From IMG/VR virus record IMGVR_UViG_3300030397_000065, positions 1 through 47,772 of that record: a DNA stretch of 47,772 bases, one strand, 5' to 3'. Positions within the stretch are counted from its first letter, which is position 1. Each line of letters opens with the position of its first letter. Positions 37,479-46,402 of this stretch are shown one piece after another. Origin of the DNA: a virus (lineage: Duplodnaviria; Caudoviricetes). Position numbers and translations under genes: made by a program. The notes beneath the pieces were generated by a model. That model was not told where the DNA came from, searched no databases, and saw only the letters and a program-made list of their open reading frames with translations.

Positions 37479-37994
37479 TTAGAACTCTCTTGCCCAAGAT
37501 GATGCTACATAATTACATTTTCTACTTTTCTCTTTCTTTCTGATGAGTAAATATCCCTTCTTTATGCCGTAACGGAACATTGCTTCTCTGTCTGGGATAA
37601 ATGTAGCTTGGGTTAACAAAGTCCTTCCGCTATGAACTGGATTTGGGACTTCAGGTAGAATTATAAACTGACCAAGTTTGTTGTTCTCTATAACTTTCTT
37701 TAGATTAAACAAAACTTTTCTGCCCTCAATGGACCTATGAGCATACCTATTGTCCTTATCTCTTGCATAAATAAAGTTATATGCTCCTTTACCAGTCCCT
37801 TTAGGGAATGCCTCAGTTCTGTTAAGATAATTATTCCATCCCCACGGTAGATAACAATTAGACGTATTTAATCCAACTAAGGCTCGACTTAGGGGTTTTA
37901 GAACACTTTCTGATGTGGTTAATGCATCATCGTTTAATCCAGATACATCTACAATACCGCAACAATGAGTACTATTAAATCTTAATTGTTTCAT
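37479..37994 (-). CDS. Hypothetical protein (N-terminal HCCG motif)
   Basis: Coupled to the ATP-grasp gene. Confidence 0.55.
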   Translation of the reverse strand: MKQLRFNSTHCCGIVDVSGLNDDALTTSESVLKPLSRALVGLNTSNCYLPWGWNNYLNRTEAFPKGTGKGAYNFIYARDKDNRYAHRSIEGRKVLFNLKKVIENNKLGQFIILPEVPNPVHSGRTLLTQATFIPDREAMFRYGIKKGYLLIRKKEKSRKCNYVASSWAREF

Positions 37995-38788
37995 ACTTTA
38001 GTCCTTCTTAAAAGATATCTTCCCCCATTAATAGAAGGAAGAAGTTTACGGAATGCCTCATAGTAGTTATCTAAGGTAGTTCCCTCAAGCCCCGGAGCCG
38101 TATTGACTTCATATACAATGGCTTCCTGCTTATGTTGATTATACCCAATATCCACAGCCCCAAAAGTAAGATTAAAAGCAGCAACAGAACGAACTGCGGC
38201 ATCGAGGACACTTTCGGGTGGGTCAACATTGTCGCGAGTAAACACCCACCCATTAGCTCCATTGCGTATCTGATAGTTAACTTCTTCATCTGGTGTTTCT
38301 AGTCTCCGTCGTTTAAGTTGTACATCTACCACTTCTCCATTAACTACGTGGATTCGGTATTCTTCGGCTTTCTTACAATATAGCGTATATAGTGGTGCAG
38401 CAGGAATGGTCTCATGAGTTTCTTTACAGCAGAGAATGATACCTCGTCCTGAATTAGCCCGCAACAAGCGACGGACGACGACCGTACTTCCACTGTCAAG
38501 CCACTCCTGCGCGCGTACCTTGTCAGAAGTAAACTCCGGGATTGGTACTTCTTTCTCAGCCAGAATCTCAAAAGAGGCCTTTTTATCACAAGCAAGACCC
38601 ACATTTTCGGGTTCGTTGATGTATCTTCCATTGAATCGTCTCTCAGTGCGGCCCCAGTTGATTATTACATCAAAGTCTCCATGCTTACGGACCTGCCGCT
38701 TAGTTGCCCGTAAGATGCCGCAGCGATTGCCAAGAGCTTTGGCCCCGCCACTCCATGTTTTATAGGGTTCTATTCTAATAGTTCTCAT
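37991..38788 (-). CDS. ATP-grasp peptide ligase (RimK-like)
   Basis: IINWG, DK, EYRIHV, IRN, FGAVDI, YEVNTAPGL. Confidence 0.9.
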   Translation of the reverse strand: MRTIRIEPYKTWSGGAKALGNRCGILRATKRQVRKHGDFDVIINWGRTERRFNGRYINEPENVGLACDKKASFEILAEKEVPIPEFTSDKVRAQEWLDSGSTVVVRRLLRANSGRGIILCCKETHETIPAAPLYTLYCKKAEEYRIHVVNGEVVDVQLKRRRLETPDEEVNYQIRNGANGWVFTRDNVDPPESVLDAAVRSVAAFNLTFGAVDIGYNQHKQEAIVYEVNTAPGLEGTTLDNYYEAFRKLLPSINGGRYLLRRTKV

Positions 38789-38799
38789 TGTTATATATC

Positions 38800-40248
38800 C
38801 TAGTGTTTTACGTACTTAGCCGCGCTGGCGGGATCGACATTAACTTGGTCCCAATCAATCACACAGGCTCGGCACATTAGGTTTTGGTTCTCATTAACCA
38901 TTTCAGCTAAAACAATTTCATCATCTGGAATATCCATTGCACAAGACACACACCCGTCTTTCTGTAGCTTGAGGACTTGACCAGCGGGCATCATAACTCC
39001 TTGTGGCCCCTCAATTACTACCTCGCTGTGTAATTCCTCTAATTCTTCATCATCCGACTCATCAACTCTTTGTTGAGCAGCATATTTCTCATAATCAGTA
39101 TGAATTAGAGTACAGTGCATAGAGTAATCGTATGTTTTATCTTCAGGTGGAAGGCCCATCCCAACAGGACTTACTAGCCATGTTTTATCCTTATATGCCC
39201 GTAGCTGTACTTGTGGGACATTATAGATAACTGCGGGCCACTCAACATCACCCCAAGCCTCAATATTGACCACTCCCATGACCATGTGCTTCTTGTAGTG
39301 TGTCTCAAAATCATGTAGAGGGCAGAATTCCAGTTTATCATCTAGTTTTAGGCCAAAGCCGTCCTTTACAATTTCTTTGCACGCCACCGGAACCCGCCGC
39401 TTTTTTCCATTAATCTCCTCTCGTACCTCAGTACCAGATACGTTCGAAGATTTCATATTCTCTTTCCAACGCGCTGCTGCTATCCTCATACGGTCGGTGC
39501 CGGTTTGGCGCTTCGGCTTTGGGGGCACGTACCCCTTAAACTTCTGAACAGTTGGTACTAGGCTGCCTCTCTTAAACTTCATGAACTCATGAATATTACT
39601 AGAGTATACCGCAGTTCCCGCTATTGGCGAACGATAGAACCCTTTGTTAATAGCCTCAAGGTGTAACTTGTCACTCATGAACCACATCAAGGTCCGATCT
39701 GAGTTGTACGTAAAGTGAAGGGGACGTTGACCGTTACGTGCCACATTCAGAGACTTATCCCTTGCGTCATACCACACTAATGCAAAAGCCCCATCAATCT
39801 GTGATAGGATATGCTTAGCCTCATCTACCGCTACTGAGGACAGAGCGTAAGCTATCTGCATAGAATCTACCTCTAGGTTATCATCATAGGTAGGCAGAGA
39901 GTAACCTTCGTCCAACAAAGTTCCATTATGAACTAGGGTAACGTCTCCAAAAGTAAACGGATGAGCATTCTTGATACTTACTTTCCCTAGTGTAGCTGCT
40001 CGGTTATGCCCCACAGCCGCCCATCCCGAGAAGTCTATCTTAGAGAAAGCAGGAGTTCCAATAAAGTCAACACCCGGCTTTAGGCTATGTCTAATAGTTA
40101 TTTGTTTGCTTCCTTTCAGAGAGAATACCCCGGTAGAGTCTCGTCCTCTGAGTGTATCAAGAGCAAGAGCATGCTTCATAAAATGAGTTTTTGCTCCTGA
40201 GTTCTCTTTCCCTTCTTTGGTAGAAATAAATCCTACAATTCCACACAT
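38800..40248 (-). CDS. Class II glutamine amidotransferase with C-terminal extension
   Basis: MCGIVG, RGRDSTG, GHNRAAT, NAHPF, HNGTL, VDS, GAFALVW. Confidence 0.92.
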   Translation of the reverse strand: MCGIVGFISTKEGKENSGAKTHFMKHALALDTLRGRDSTGVFSLKGSKQITIRHSLKPGVDFIGTPAFSKIDFSGWAAVGHNRAATLGKVSIKNAHPFTFGDVTLVHNGTLLDEGYSLPTYDDNLEVDSMQIAYALSSVAVDEAKHILSQIDGAFALVWYDARDKSLNVARNGQRPLHFTYNSDRTLMWFMSDKLHLEAINKGFYRSPIAGTAVYSSNIHEFMKFKRGSLVPTVQKFKGYVPPKPKRQTGTDRMRIAAARWKENMKSSNVSGTEVREEINGKKRRVPVACKEIVKDGFGLKLDDKLEFCPLHDFETHYKKHMVMGVVNIEAWGDVEWPAVIYNVPQVQLRAYKDKTWLVSPVGMGLPPEDKTYDYSMHCTLIHTDYEKYAAQQRVDESDDEELEELHSEVVIEGPQGVMMPAGQVLKLQKDGCVSCAMDIPDDEIVLAEMVNENQNLMCRACVIDWDQVNVDPASAAKYVKH

Positions 40249-40263
40249 GTTTAACTCCTAAAA

Positions 40264-41130
40264 TTACTTCCACTTAAGTTCTGTATGTTTTACTGGCAAC
40301 ACACCCTGAGTAAAGAATATATTGTCAATGATCTTGCTCTTGATGTCTGGTGCTACCTCATAGGAAGGCAAATCAAACTTGCGTAAGAAAGGCCTAGCAC
40401 CGTAGGTCATAAACTCCTCTATTAGTTCATTCTGTGACGCATATGTAATGGCTTCCTGTCTCAGTTGTATGAGAAAGTCCACCCACTCTTGTAGCCGTTT
40501 CTTGCTCTTTGTTCCGGCCATTTGTCTGAATTCTATACTACCAAACTTAGAGAAGCATGATAGGTTCACACTTGAGTACTTGCTGCACTTAAACAAAGCA
40601 CGCGCTGTGTTTATATTTCCCCCTACACTAGTAGGCTGCTTTTCAGAGAATTCTATGCCCTGTAACAGAGCGCACGCTGCTTGCTCCATAGAGTACACAA
40701 ACCAGTCGTTATACATGATAGGTAAGCAGAAGTGGTTTTCTTCTCGGCCTTTAGCAAAGTGATTAAATATGTACGGCTCAAGGATCATATACAGAGTTAA
40801 CCAGCACCAGAATTCCTCTAATGTAAGATCACTTGCGTTTACGTGTACATGAACCCCGCATCTTTTATTGACTACAAGTTTATTCTCTGTTACTTGAGCC
40901 AGAGCTAATCTTAAGGCAGTAGATACATGCTCAGGATTCAGAACTCTACTGACAAACTCAGCCCCACCTTGTCGCAGGCTATGGTCCTGTACTATGTTCC
41001 AGTCCCTTAATTTCTTCTCAAATAGAGCAACAGGGGCCTTTTCGTACTCAAGTTCAATGCCCACTTTAGGGCCTTTGCGTAGTCTAGGCCCTTTTATTAA
41101 CTGTCGTACTGATGATTCCATGTTAATCAT
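40264..41130 (-). CDS. Putative amidoligase (Amidoligase_2, COOH-NH2 ligase)
   Basis: VGIELEYE, DHSL, EFVS, CGVHVHVN, KYSSVN, SIEFRQ. Confidence 0.88.
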   Translation of the reverse strand: MINMESSVRQLIKGPRLRKGPKVGIELEYEKAPVALFEKKLRDWNIVQDHSLRQGGAEFVSRVLNPEHVSTALRLALAQVTENKLVVNKRCGVHVHVNASDLTLEEFWCWLTLYMILEPYIFNHFAKGREENHFCLPIMYNDWFVYSMEQAACALLQGIEFSEKQPTSVGGNINTARALFKCSKYSSVNLSCFSKFGSIEFRQMAGTKSKKRLQEWVDFLIQLRQEAITYASQNELIEEFMTYGARPFLRKFDLPSYEVAPDIKSKIIDNIFFTQGVLPVKHTELKWK

Positions 41131-41705
41131 ACAGGTATTCCTTCTTTACGTAAATATGATTTAATCTTAAAGAGTGGTAAAGTACTCTCAGGAGTGATCT
41201 GTGCTTTATCTTCTTTGTTAAATCCTATGTCTGCTACTGGTCTACCTCTGTAGTAAATAACTCCATTCTTATCCACTAAGACATTTAGAGAGAGGGCAAC
41301 TGCGGACATTCGTCTAGATTTTAATAGTAATCGAGCTTTTCTCCACGCATAGTAATGCTTGTCAATGATAGCATTTAAGATTTCTGTTGAGCCAAAGGCA
41401 TAACCCACGGCTGTGTAATAAGTATTAGGGTAAGAAGCAGACTTACGCATGGACCTCTGAGCACGACGAAACAATACAAACCCCCCACGGCGTGTGTTGT
41501 AGGCACCGGCCTCAGGAAAGTATAGAGTTAGGTCCTTACCTTGTACTACTCGGCCCTTTGACTTATCGTTATAGAACTTTAACTCAACTTCACCCTCAAT
41601 ATTTGTTTGGGTGTCTACATACCCGGCACCATACCGAGAATGCATCATCCAAGTACCAGAGTAGTATAGTGGCCAATCTTCAGGCGGAGCATCAATAGGA
41701 TTCAT
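41127..41705 (-). CDS. Hypothetical protein of the ligase cluster
   Basis: Coupled between the two ligases. Confidence 0.6.
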   Translation of the reverse strand: MNPIDAPPEDWPLYYSGTWMMHSRYGAGYVDTQTNIEGEVELKFYNDKSKGRVVQGKDLTLYFPEAGAYNTRRGGFVLFRRAQRSMRKSASYPNTYYTAVGYAFGSTEILNAIIDKHYYAWRKARLLLKSRRMSAVALSLNVLVDKNGVIYYRGRPVADIGFNKEDKAQITPESTLPLFKIKSYLRKEGIPV

Positions 41706-42529
41706 TTCGTAGCTCCAGATAAGGCAATGTTTTCAGTTAACTTGAACTTATTATCTCGACTTATTGTCCCAGAAATCGCCTCTCTTAGCAGGTCCCACTC
41801 TATCTGTCGAAACGCACGATGTATCACTGTGGCCGACGAGTTAGTTAGCCACTTAGCGCAGTGCAGCATAGCCATACCCACTGTCTCAGAATAGCCAGAT
41901 GTGGCCCACAGATTAGAAGGTGTGCGATATTCAATACCATAAGGCTTCTCTCTGTATGATCCCGGAGCGCCATAGAAATTCCTTCTAGGACTCTTTGCAT
42001 CTATAGGGCATCCATAGTAGAAATAGAAGGCCTCAGCAAACAAAGCTGCTACAAAGTCAGGACATTTAAAGTCCCCACCTAAGTGTACATGGCCCCCACA
42101 ACTACGAGTTTGTCCAATTTCTTCAGGGGGATTACGTTGGATTCCCCCCTCATAAGCATTTAGGTCAGGATCACATCCGATCAACTGAGCCTGTGGGGAG
42201 TCAAGCTGTGTTTTAGTGAATCTGTTAGTTACTTCACGACTTAGGCTAACTTCGTTGACGCCAAGTCTTTGTTGTAGCTCTCGCCTAGCATATGTCTTTA
42301 CTTTGGACATGTTAGTAGCAAATGCTCTGTGATTCATTGCTGGTGGAATATTGACTTCTATCATGACGTTATCTTCTTGTAGACCATAGCCTTCTTTCCA
42401 CACATCTTTAGAGTACGGCTTTTCCTTAGTACCGGGAATGATACCCACCACAGGAATAATGCCCTCATTAGTGAGGCAAAAGAACTCAACGTCAGCCCCA
42501 ACTTGTGGGGCACATGCTATTTTCTTCAT
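41702..42529 (-). CDS. phiEco32-like COOH-NH2 ligase type 2
   Basis: VGADVEFF, QEDNVMIE, GCDPD, RSCGGHVHLG, RR..YG, KPYGIEYRTPSN. Confidence 0.9.
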   Translation of the reverse strand: MKKIACAPQVGADVEFFCLTNEGIIPVVGIIPGTKEKPYSKDVWKEGYGLQEDNVMIEVNIPPAMNHRAFATNMSKVKTYARRELQQRLGVNEVSLSREVTNRFTKTQLDSPQAQLIGCDPDLNAYEGGIQRNPPEEIGQTRSCGGHVHLGGDFKCPDFVAALFAEAFYFYYGCPIDAKSPRRNFYGAPGSYREKPYGIEYRTPSNLWATSGYSETVGMAMLHCAKWLTNSSATVIHRAFRQIEWDLLREAISGTISRDNKFKLTENIALSGATK

Positions 42530-42539
42530 AAGTTTAATC

Positions 42540-42935
42540 CTAGTCTAATTTTAAAGGGGGAGCAGTTACATGAACACCTACTTGGGTTCCATATTCATGG
42601 GGTTTTGGAATCTCTTGAGCATCTTTCTTAGAAATATACTCAATCTTTTTAGGTTCAGGATAGGCGGGAGTTCGCTTATTTATTTCTTTGTCCTCAACAC
42701 CTTCAAGTATGGGATAGACACAGCCACCTAGTTCACCGCCGGGCAGCACATCATAGATGTAAACTCCCTGAACAGGGGCATTCCACTCATCAGCCGCCAT
42801 ATCATACACCGCTGTGCGGGCATCTTCAGGATAAGTGGCCTGTATTCCACCTTCTCGTACTTTTATCTGCCCATCCTTAGCTATAATAGCACGAAAGAAG
42901 TAGGGGAATGTCTTTGTCTTAGCTTTATCAGCCAT
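42540..42935 (-). CDS. Hypothetical protein
   Basis: Start MADKAK with GGAAG RBS. Confidence 0.55.
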   Translation of the reverse strand: MADKAKTKTFPYFFRAIIAKDGQIKVREGGIQATYPEDARTAVYDMAADEWNAPVQGVYIYDVLPGGELGGCVYPILEGVEDKEINKRTPAYPEPKKIEYISKKDAQEIPKPHEYGTQVGVHVTAPPLKLD

Positions 42936-43368
42936 TGACTTCCTTCCTTTTCCAATACGCCAGTTCATTATCACTAGGCATATATATATTGTTATCAATA
43001 TCAGTAACTTTTGAATGACCATTAATCCAGTCCCTGTTTTGCATGAAGTATACCCATGCGCGTTTATCCCGGCTTTCTGTCCTGATCTTACTCCTAGTAT
43101 AGAAGTTAGGGTGCCCTTCTAGCAGATCAAGTACTGCTAATCCTTCCTCATCCATGCAGAATAGCTGCCCATAGACCTTATTGGTCTTGGTCAAGTCAGG
43201 AACAACAGCGGGCAGCCCGCCTATCTCAGCTAGCTTGAAATTACCTTCAATGTGGTCAAAGCCCATGAACTGACCCCCGGCTTTTTGCATGGTGATGTAA
43301 TTCCCAAGCCCACGTTTAAGAGTACCGTAGACAAATACTCTTACTGATCCTTTATCGTTAATTTTCAC
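42928..43368 (-). CDS. Gamma-glutamylcyclotransferase (GGCT/AIG2-like)
   Basis: VFVYGTLKRG, LDLLEGHP.FY.R, AWVY. Confidence 0.9.
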   Translation of the reverse strand: MKINDKGSVRVFVYGTLKRGLGNYITMQKAGGQFMGFDHIEGNFKLAEIGGLPAVVPDLTKTNKVYGQLFCMDEEGLAVLDLLEGHPNFYTRSKIRTESRDKRAWVYFMQNRDWINGHSKVTDIDNNIYMPSDNELAYWKRKEVNG

Positions 43369-43369
43369 A

Positions 43370-44062
43370 TTATGCTCCTAGTGCGTAGTAAGCTTCTGTA
43401 GCTGTAGATTTAGTAGTTCCTTTTACAAAGGTAACATCATCAATAAAGGTATTAATTTCACCTTCAACATACTTCTTGAACTGGTCAATATCATCAATGA
43501 TAATGTTATAGACTGCTATATTGCCATAACCATTTGGCTTATCGCTGCCGAATGTACTATAGGACTTTTCCTTTGCGTGTACTGAGGGGCCATTGACTAC
43601 AGTTACTGTCAGGCCCATTTGTTTTTCATGTTCTTTAAAGTATTTCCCAAGTGAGTTAGACATACTTATATCAGGACTTAAATCTGTTCGATCAAAAATA
43701 GTCCAAACTTTAGACGGCCAAAAATATGCTCCCGGTTCTTTTGTCATTCGTGATTTATGATAATCTAAGCAGTTAAAGGCCTTATATGGATGCTTTGAAT
43801 TAAGTACTCGCCACATCAAAAGCCAAGCACACAATAGAAATATACCTTTATCAGTAAAGAAACCGCCACTAGCTATCATTCTAGCTACTTTTACATCAAA
43901 GGCTTTTTTGCTCTTTTCTTCTTTAGTATAAGTAACTTCTAGTTTATTTGTATAACCGGGGACCTTTTGTACAGACCGCAACAGACCAGCAGAACAGCAG
44001 GAAGGAATACGAGTCAAAACAAAGTTAATAAGTCGAGAACCTTTTTCTTTAGTTACGTACAT
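43370..44062 (-). CDS. Hypothetical protein (N-terminal SCC motif)
   Basis: GGAG RBS; 230 aa. Confidence 0.55.
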   Translation of the reverse strand: MYVTKEKGSRLINFVLTRIPSCCSAGLLRSVQKVPGYTNKLEVTYTKEEKSKKAFDVKVARMIASGGFFTDKGIFLLCAWLLMWRVLNSKHPYKAFNCLDYHKSRMTKEPGAYFWPSKVWTIFDRTDLSPDISMSNSLGKYFKEHEKQMGLTVTVVNGPSVHAKEKSYSTFGSDKPNGYGNIAVYNIIIDDIDQFKKYVEGEINTFIDDVTFVKGTTKSTATEAYYALGA

Positions 44063-44064
44063 AA

Positions 44065-44568
44065 TTACTCCGAGTAAGGAATTGTAGTTGATCCAATCTT
44101 AAACCACATACAATGTGGATAATTGTCTATCCAATTCATGCGTTGTCTAAAGCTATATAGAAACGCATAATGGTTAGATATAGTGAAAGCTACTTGCTCA
44201 GACAAGCACAATGTAAACTTATTCTGCCTATCTAATTCGATTTTACCTAGCTTGTGCATTATGAAGTGTACATTCTCATGGACAATAGTGTATCTGCGCT
44301 GTTCATCATTGAGCTTTTTGTTGACGTAGATAACTCTATTAAGACCATAATATCCACGTAGCCCATATTTTTTTGTATCTATGTAGACTATTGATGGGGC
44401 CTCAAGAGTGGCGCAACTGACACCATACGTATTGTACACAATGTCACATGTAGTGTCAAATAACTCGTCCCTTTCTTTGTGGGGCAGAGCGTTAGAGCGA
44501 GCAGCCATAGCCAATATGATTAAGCCAATGATAGCTACTGTCCAGTTTCTAAACTTTTGTATGTTCAT
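44065..44568 (-). CDS. Secreted zinc metallopeptidase-like protein (HExxH), paralog of 24259-24708
   Basis: Hydrophobic signal-like N-terminus; TIVHENVHFIM..CLSEQ; 4 Cys. Confidence 0.7.
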   Translation of the reverse strand: MNIQKFRNWTVAIIGLIILAMAARSNALPHKERDELFDTTCDIVYNTYGVSCATLEAPSIVYIDTKKYGLRGYYGLNRVIYVNKKLNDEQRRYTIVHENVHFIMHKLGKIELDRQNKFTLCLSEQVAFTISNHYAFLYSFRQRMNWIDNYPHCMWFKIGSTTIPYSE

Positions 44569-44582
44569 GATTGTACCTCTTG

Positions 44583-44636
44583 GAATGTAACCAAAAGAGC
44601 CTACACATAGGGGGAGTAGGCTCGATGGTCACACTC
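44583..44636 (-). promoter_or_regulatory. RNase III-like processing stem
   Basis: GAGUGUGACCA/UGGUUACAUUC plus GAGCCUAC/GUAGGCUC with an internal loop; G-U pairs form only on the - strand. Confidence 0.55.
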
Positions 44637-44699
44637 GAATGAGTGTTGTTGGGGCACTATCCTACGTAGGACCAGTACGTGAATAAGGGCACTCCCCTT

Positions 44700-44891
44700 T
44701 TAAACTCTACCAATTCCTCGACAGTTAATACAACCACTACCTTGTGCCAATGTAATGTGCTTCTGTCCTTGTACCACAATGACTTGTCCAGATTCATCAA
44801 ACTTTTGGATTTCCGTCTTTTCGAGTTTCACGACAGGTCTACCAGCTTTGTCGTGCCCTGATCCTTGACATGCACTACAAGTTTTACTCAT
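44700..44891 (-). CDS. DnaJ-type zinc finger micro-protein
   Basis: CSACQGSG...CINCRGIG. Confidence 0.65.
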   Translation of the reverse strand: MSKTCSACQGSGHDKAGRPVVKLEKTEIQKFDESGQVIVVQGQKHITLAQGSGCINCRGIGRV

Positions 44892-45249
44892 CAGTCTTTC
44901 CTTTAGAGTCGGGCAGTAGTTCTTCGACTTTAAGGTCAACTACTTCCTTAAGAGTCAAGAGAGTGTCATCAAGCTCAGTGACCTCGATTCCATACTGCGC
45001 TGCGCCAGCGTACAAGGCATTAGTACTTGGAGCTACTATTAATAGCAGAACTAAAATAGATATATACCAAATATAAGCTATACCCATTCGTTTAAATGTT
45101 TTTGTTCCTAACGGGTATGAGACCTCTGCCGCCGCAGCGCCGTAAACTATAAGTGCTAGAACTCCAGCAATAACTGATGCTCCGAAAATGTGTGGTAGGC
45201 GCTCAATCATGCTTATCCAGTAGAAAAACCAGAATGCTTCGTTAATCAT
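44884..45249 (-). CDS. Membrane protein
   Basis: Two to three hydrophobic segments. Confidence 0.6.
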   Translation of the reverse strand: MINEAFWFFYWISMIERLPHIFGASVIAGVLALIVYGAAAAEVSYPLGTKTFKRMGIAYIWYISILVLLLIVAPSTNALYAGAAQYGIEVTELDDTLLTLKEVVDLKVEELLPDSKGKTDE

Positions 45250-45436
45250 TCACTTCCCCCCTAAGTGAATCAATAAAGTCATGACTCGCTAAGAGCTTAC
45301 CATCAAGATCGTATAGCTCCTCTTTAAGCAAGTACACTTCATTGGTAATGTGCTTGTGTCGTGCCTCAAGTGACAAAATCAACTCTTTGGTAGTCTCAAT
45401 TGCCTTCTGTTCTGGGTCCATATGCTTTTGTCCCAT
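45242..45436 (-). CDS. Small coiled-coil protein
   Basis: GAGG RBS; heptad pattern. Confidence 0.55.
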   Translation of the reverse strand: MGQKHMDPEQKAIETTKELILSLEARHKHITNEVYLLKEELYDLDGKLLASHDFIDSLRGEVND

Positions 45437-45559
45437 GTTCTTTCCTCACGTTGTTGATAAACTCGGTTAACTCTCGTGGCCACGCTAACTCACATGGCCC
45501 ACATAATGTATTGGTTGTGGTTTGTACGGCTTCAGGCCTGCCACAACGCGGACATACAT

Positions 45560-45724
45560 TTAAACTATGATTGCTACACATGCGAATATTCCCAAGACTA
45601 AGAGCCAGAATATTATTGCTATTGCGAAGCGCAATAGGTAGAAAATGATACATGCCACCCCTGTGGCTATGCCCGGCATGAAGGCACAGGCTAGAATTGT
45701 AGCGATTATGATTAAGAGTGTCAT
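45560..45724 (-). CDS. 54-aa almost entirely hydrophobic membrane protein; not in the ORF track
   Basis: MTLLIIIATILACAFMPGIATGVACIIFYLLRFAIAIIFWLLVLGIFACVAIIV*; ATGA overlap with the upstream gene. Confidence 0.55.
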   Translation of the reverse strand: MTLLIIIATILACAFMPGIATGVACIIFYLLRFAIAIIFWLLVLGIFACVAIIV

Positions 45725-45891
45725 ACAATTACATTTTTGATATATAACTCGCTTGATGTAATGTTAATTTCTTGTAGAACTTTTCTGGAGTATGCTTGTA
45801 GCTTAGCATAAGCCTCGGCCCAATCCTTAGCTATTACGTTATAGTATTCCACGTAAGTACCGCGCTCGCTGGTAAACTTGTAAAGATTCAT
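45721..45891 (-). CDS. Small early protein
   Basis: AAGGAG RBS; MNLYKFTSERG. Confidence 0.6.
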   Translation of the reverse strand: MNLYKFTSERGTYVEYYNVIAKDWAEAYAKLQAYSRKVLQEINITSSELYIKNVIV

Positions 45892-46097
45892 TGTATTCTC
45901 CTTAGTAAAATTGCCCCTATCCACTTAAAAGGTGGAAATAGTCCTTGCTATTTTTCGGGGCAAACATCGCGCACGGCGCGCGCCAGAAGCTCTCTGTTCT
46001 ACACAATCCTCACACTGTAAAGGCAGGTGCATTTGGTAGTGACACACGTACATTATTCTACTGCACATGCGGTTAATGCATTGCTTTGGTTTAAGTA

Positions 46098-46187
46098 TCA
46101 CACTGAACCCCAAAGGATCAACATACTAAGTGTAAGGGCAAATAGGACCATTCCCAGATCAAGCCATTTATCATCGTCATTGTTCAT
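46098..46187 (-). CDS. 29-aa membrane micro-peptide
   Basis: GGGAG RBS; MNNDDDKWLDLGMVLFALTLSMLILWGSV*. Confidence 0.45.
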   Translation of the reverse strand: MNNDDDKWLDLGMVLFALTLSMLILWGSV

Positions 46188-46212
46188 TGCTTTGTACTCC
46201 CTATGTATGATA

Positions 46213-46258
46213 AAGCCCACTAAATACTGAAATGCAATAGTTTGTACTCAATGGGCTT
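46213..46258 (-). promoter_or_regulatory. RNase III-like stem
   Basis: 15-bp stem AAGCCCAUUGAGUAC/GUAUUUAGUGGGCUU with 3 G-U pairs on the - strand. Confidence 0.5.
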
Positions 46259-46353
46259 GACGTACACAATAGTCCAACCAAATTAGATTCAATAATTACT
46301 TGATTAATTCATGGCACTACCCTCCACATTTATACGTGTTTAATAAGCACGAT

Positions 46354-46381
46354 AAAATCCCCCGCCCGTAAGGGCGGGGGA
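46354..46381 (-). terminator. Intrinsic terminator after the first early gene
   Basis: CCCCCGCCC-TTAC-GGGCGGGGG then ATTTT on the - strand. Confidence 0.75.
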
Positions 46382-46402
46382 CTTTACTTGCTCACTAAGA
46401 GC

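Noticed and set aside
46304-46326. RBS followed by a Met-Asn-stop minigene on the - strand
   Set aside because: Single instance; cannot be distinguished from chance or a decayed gene
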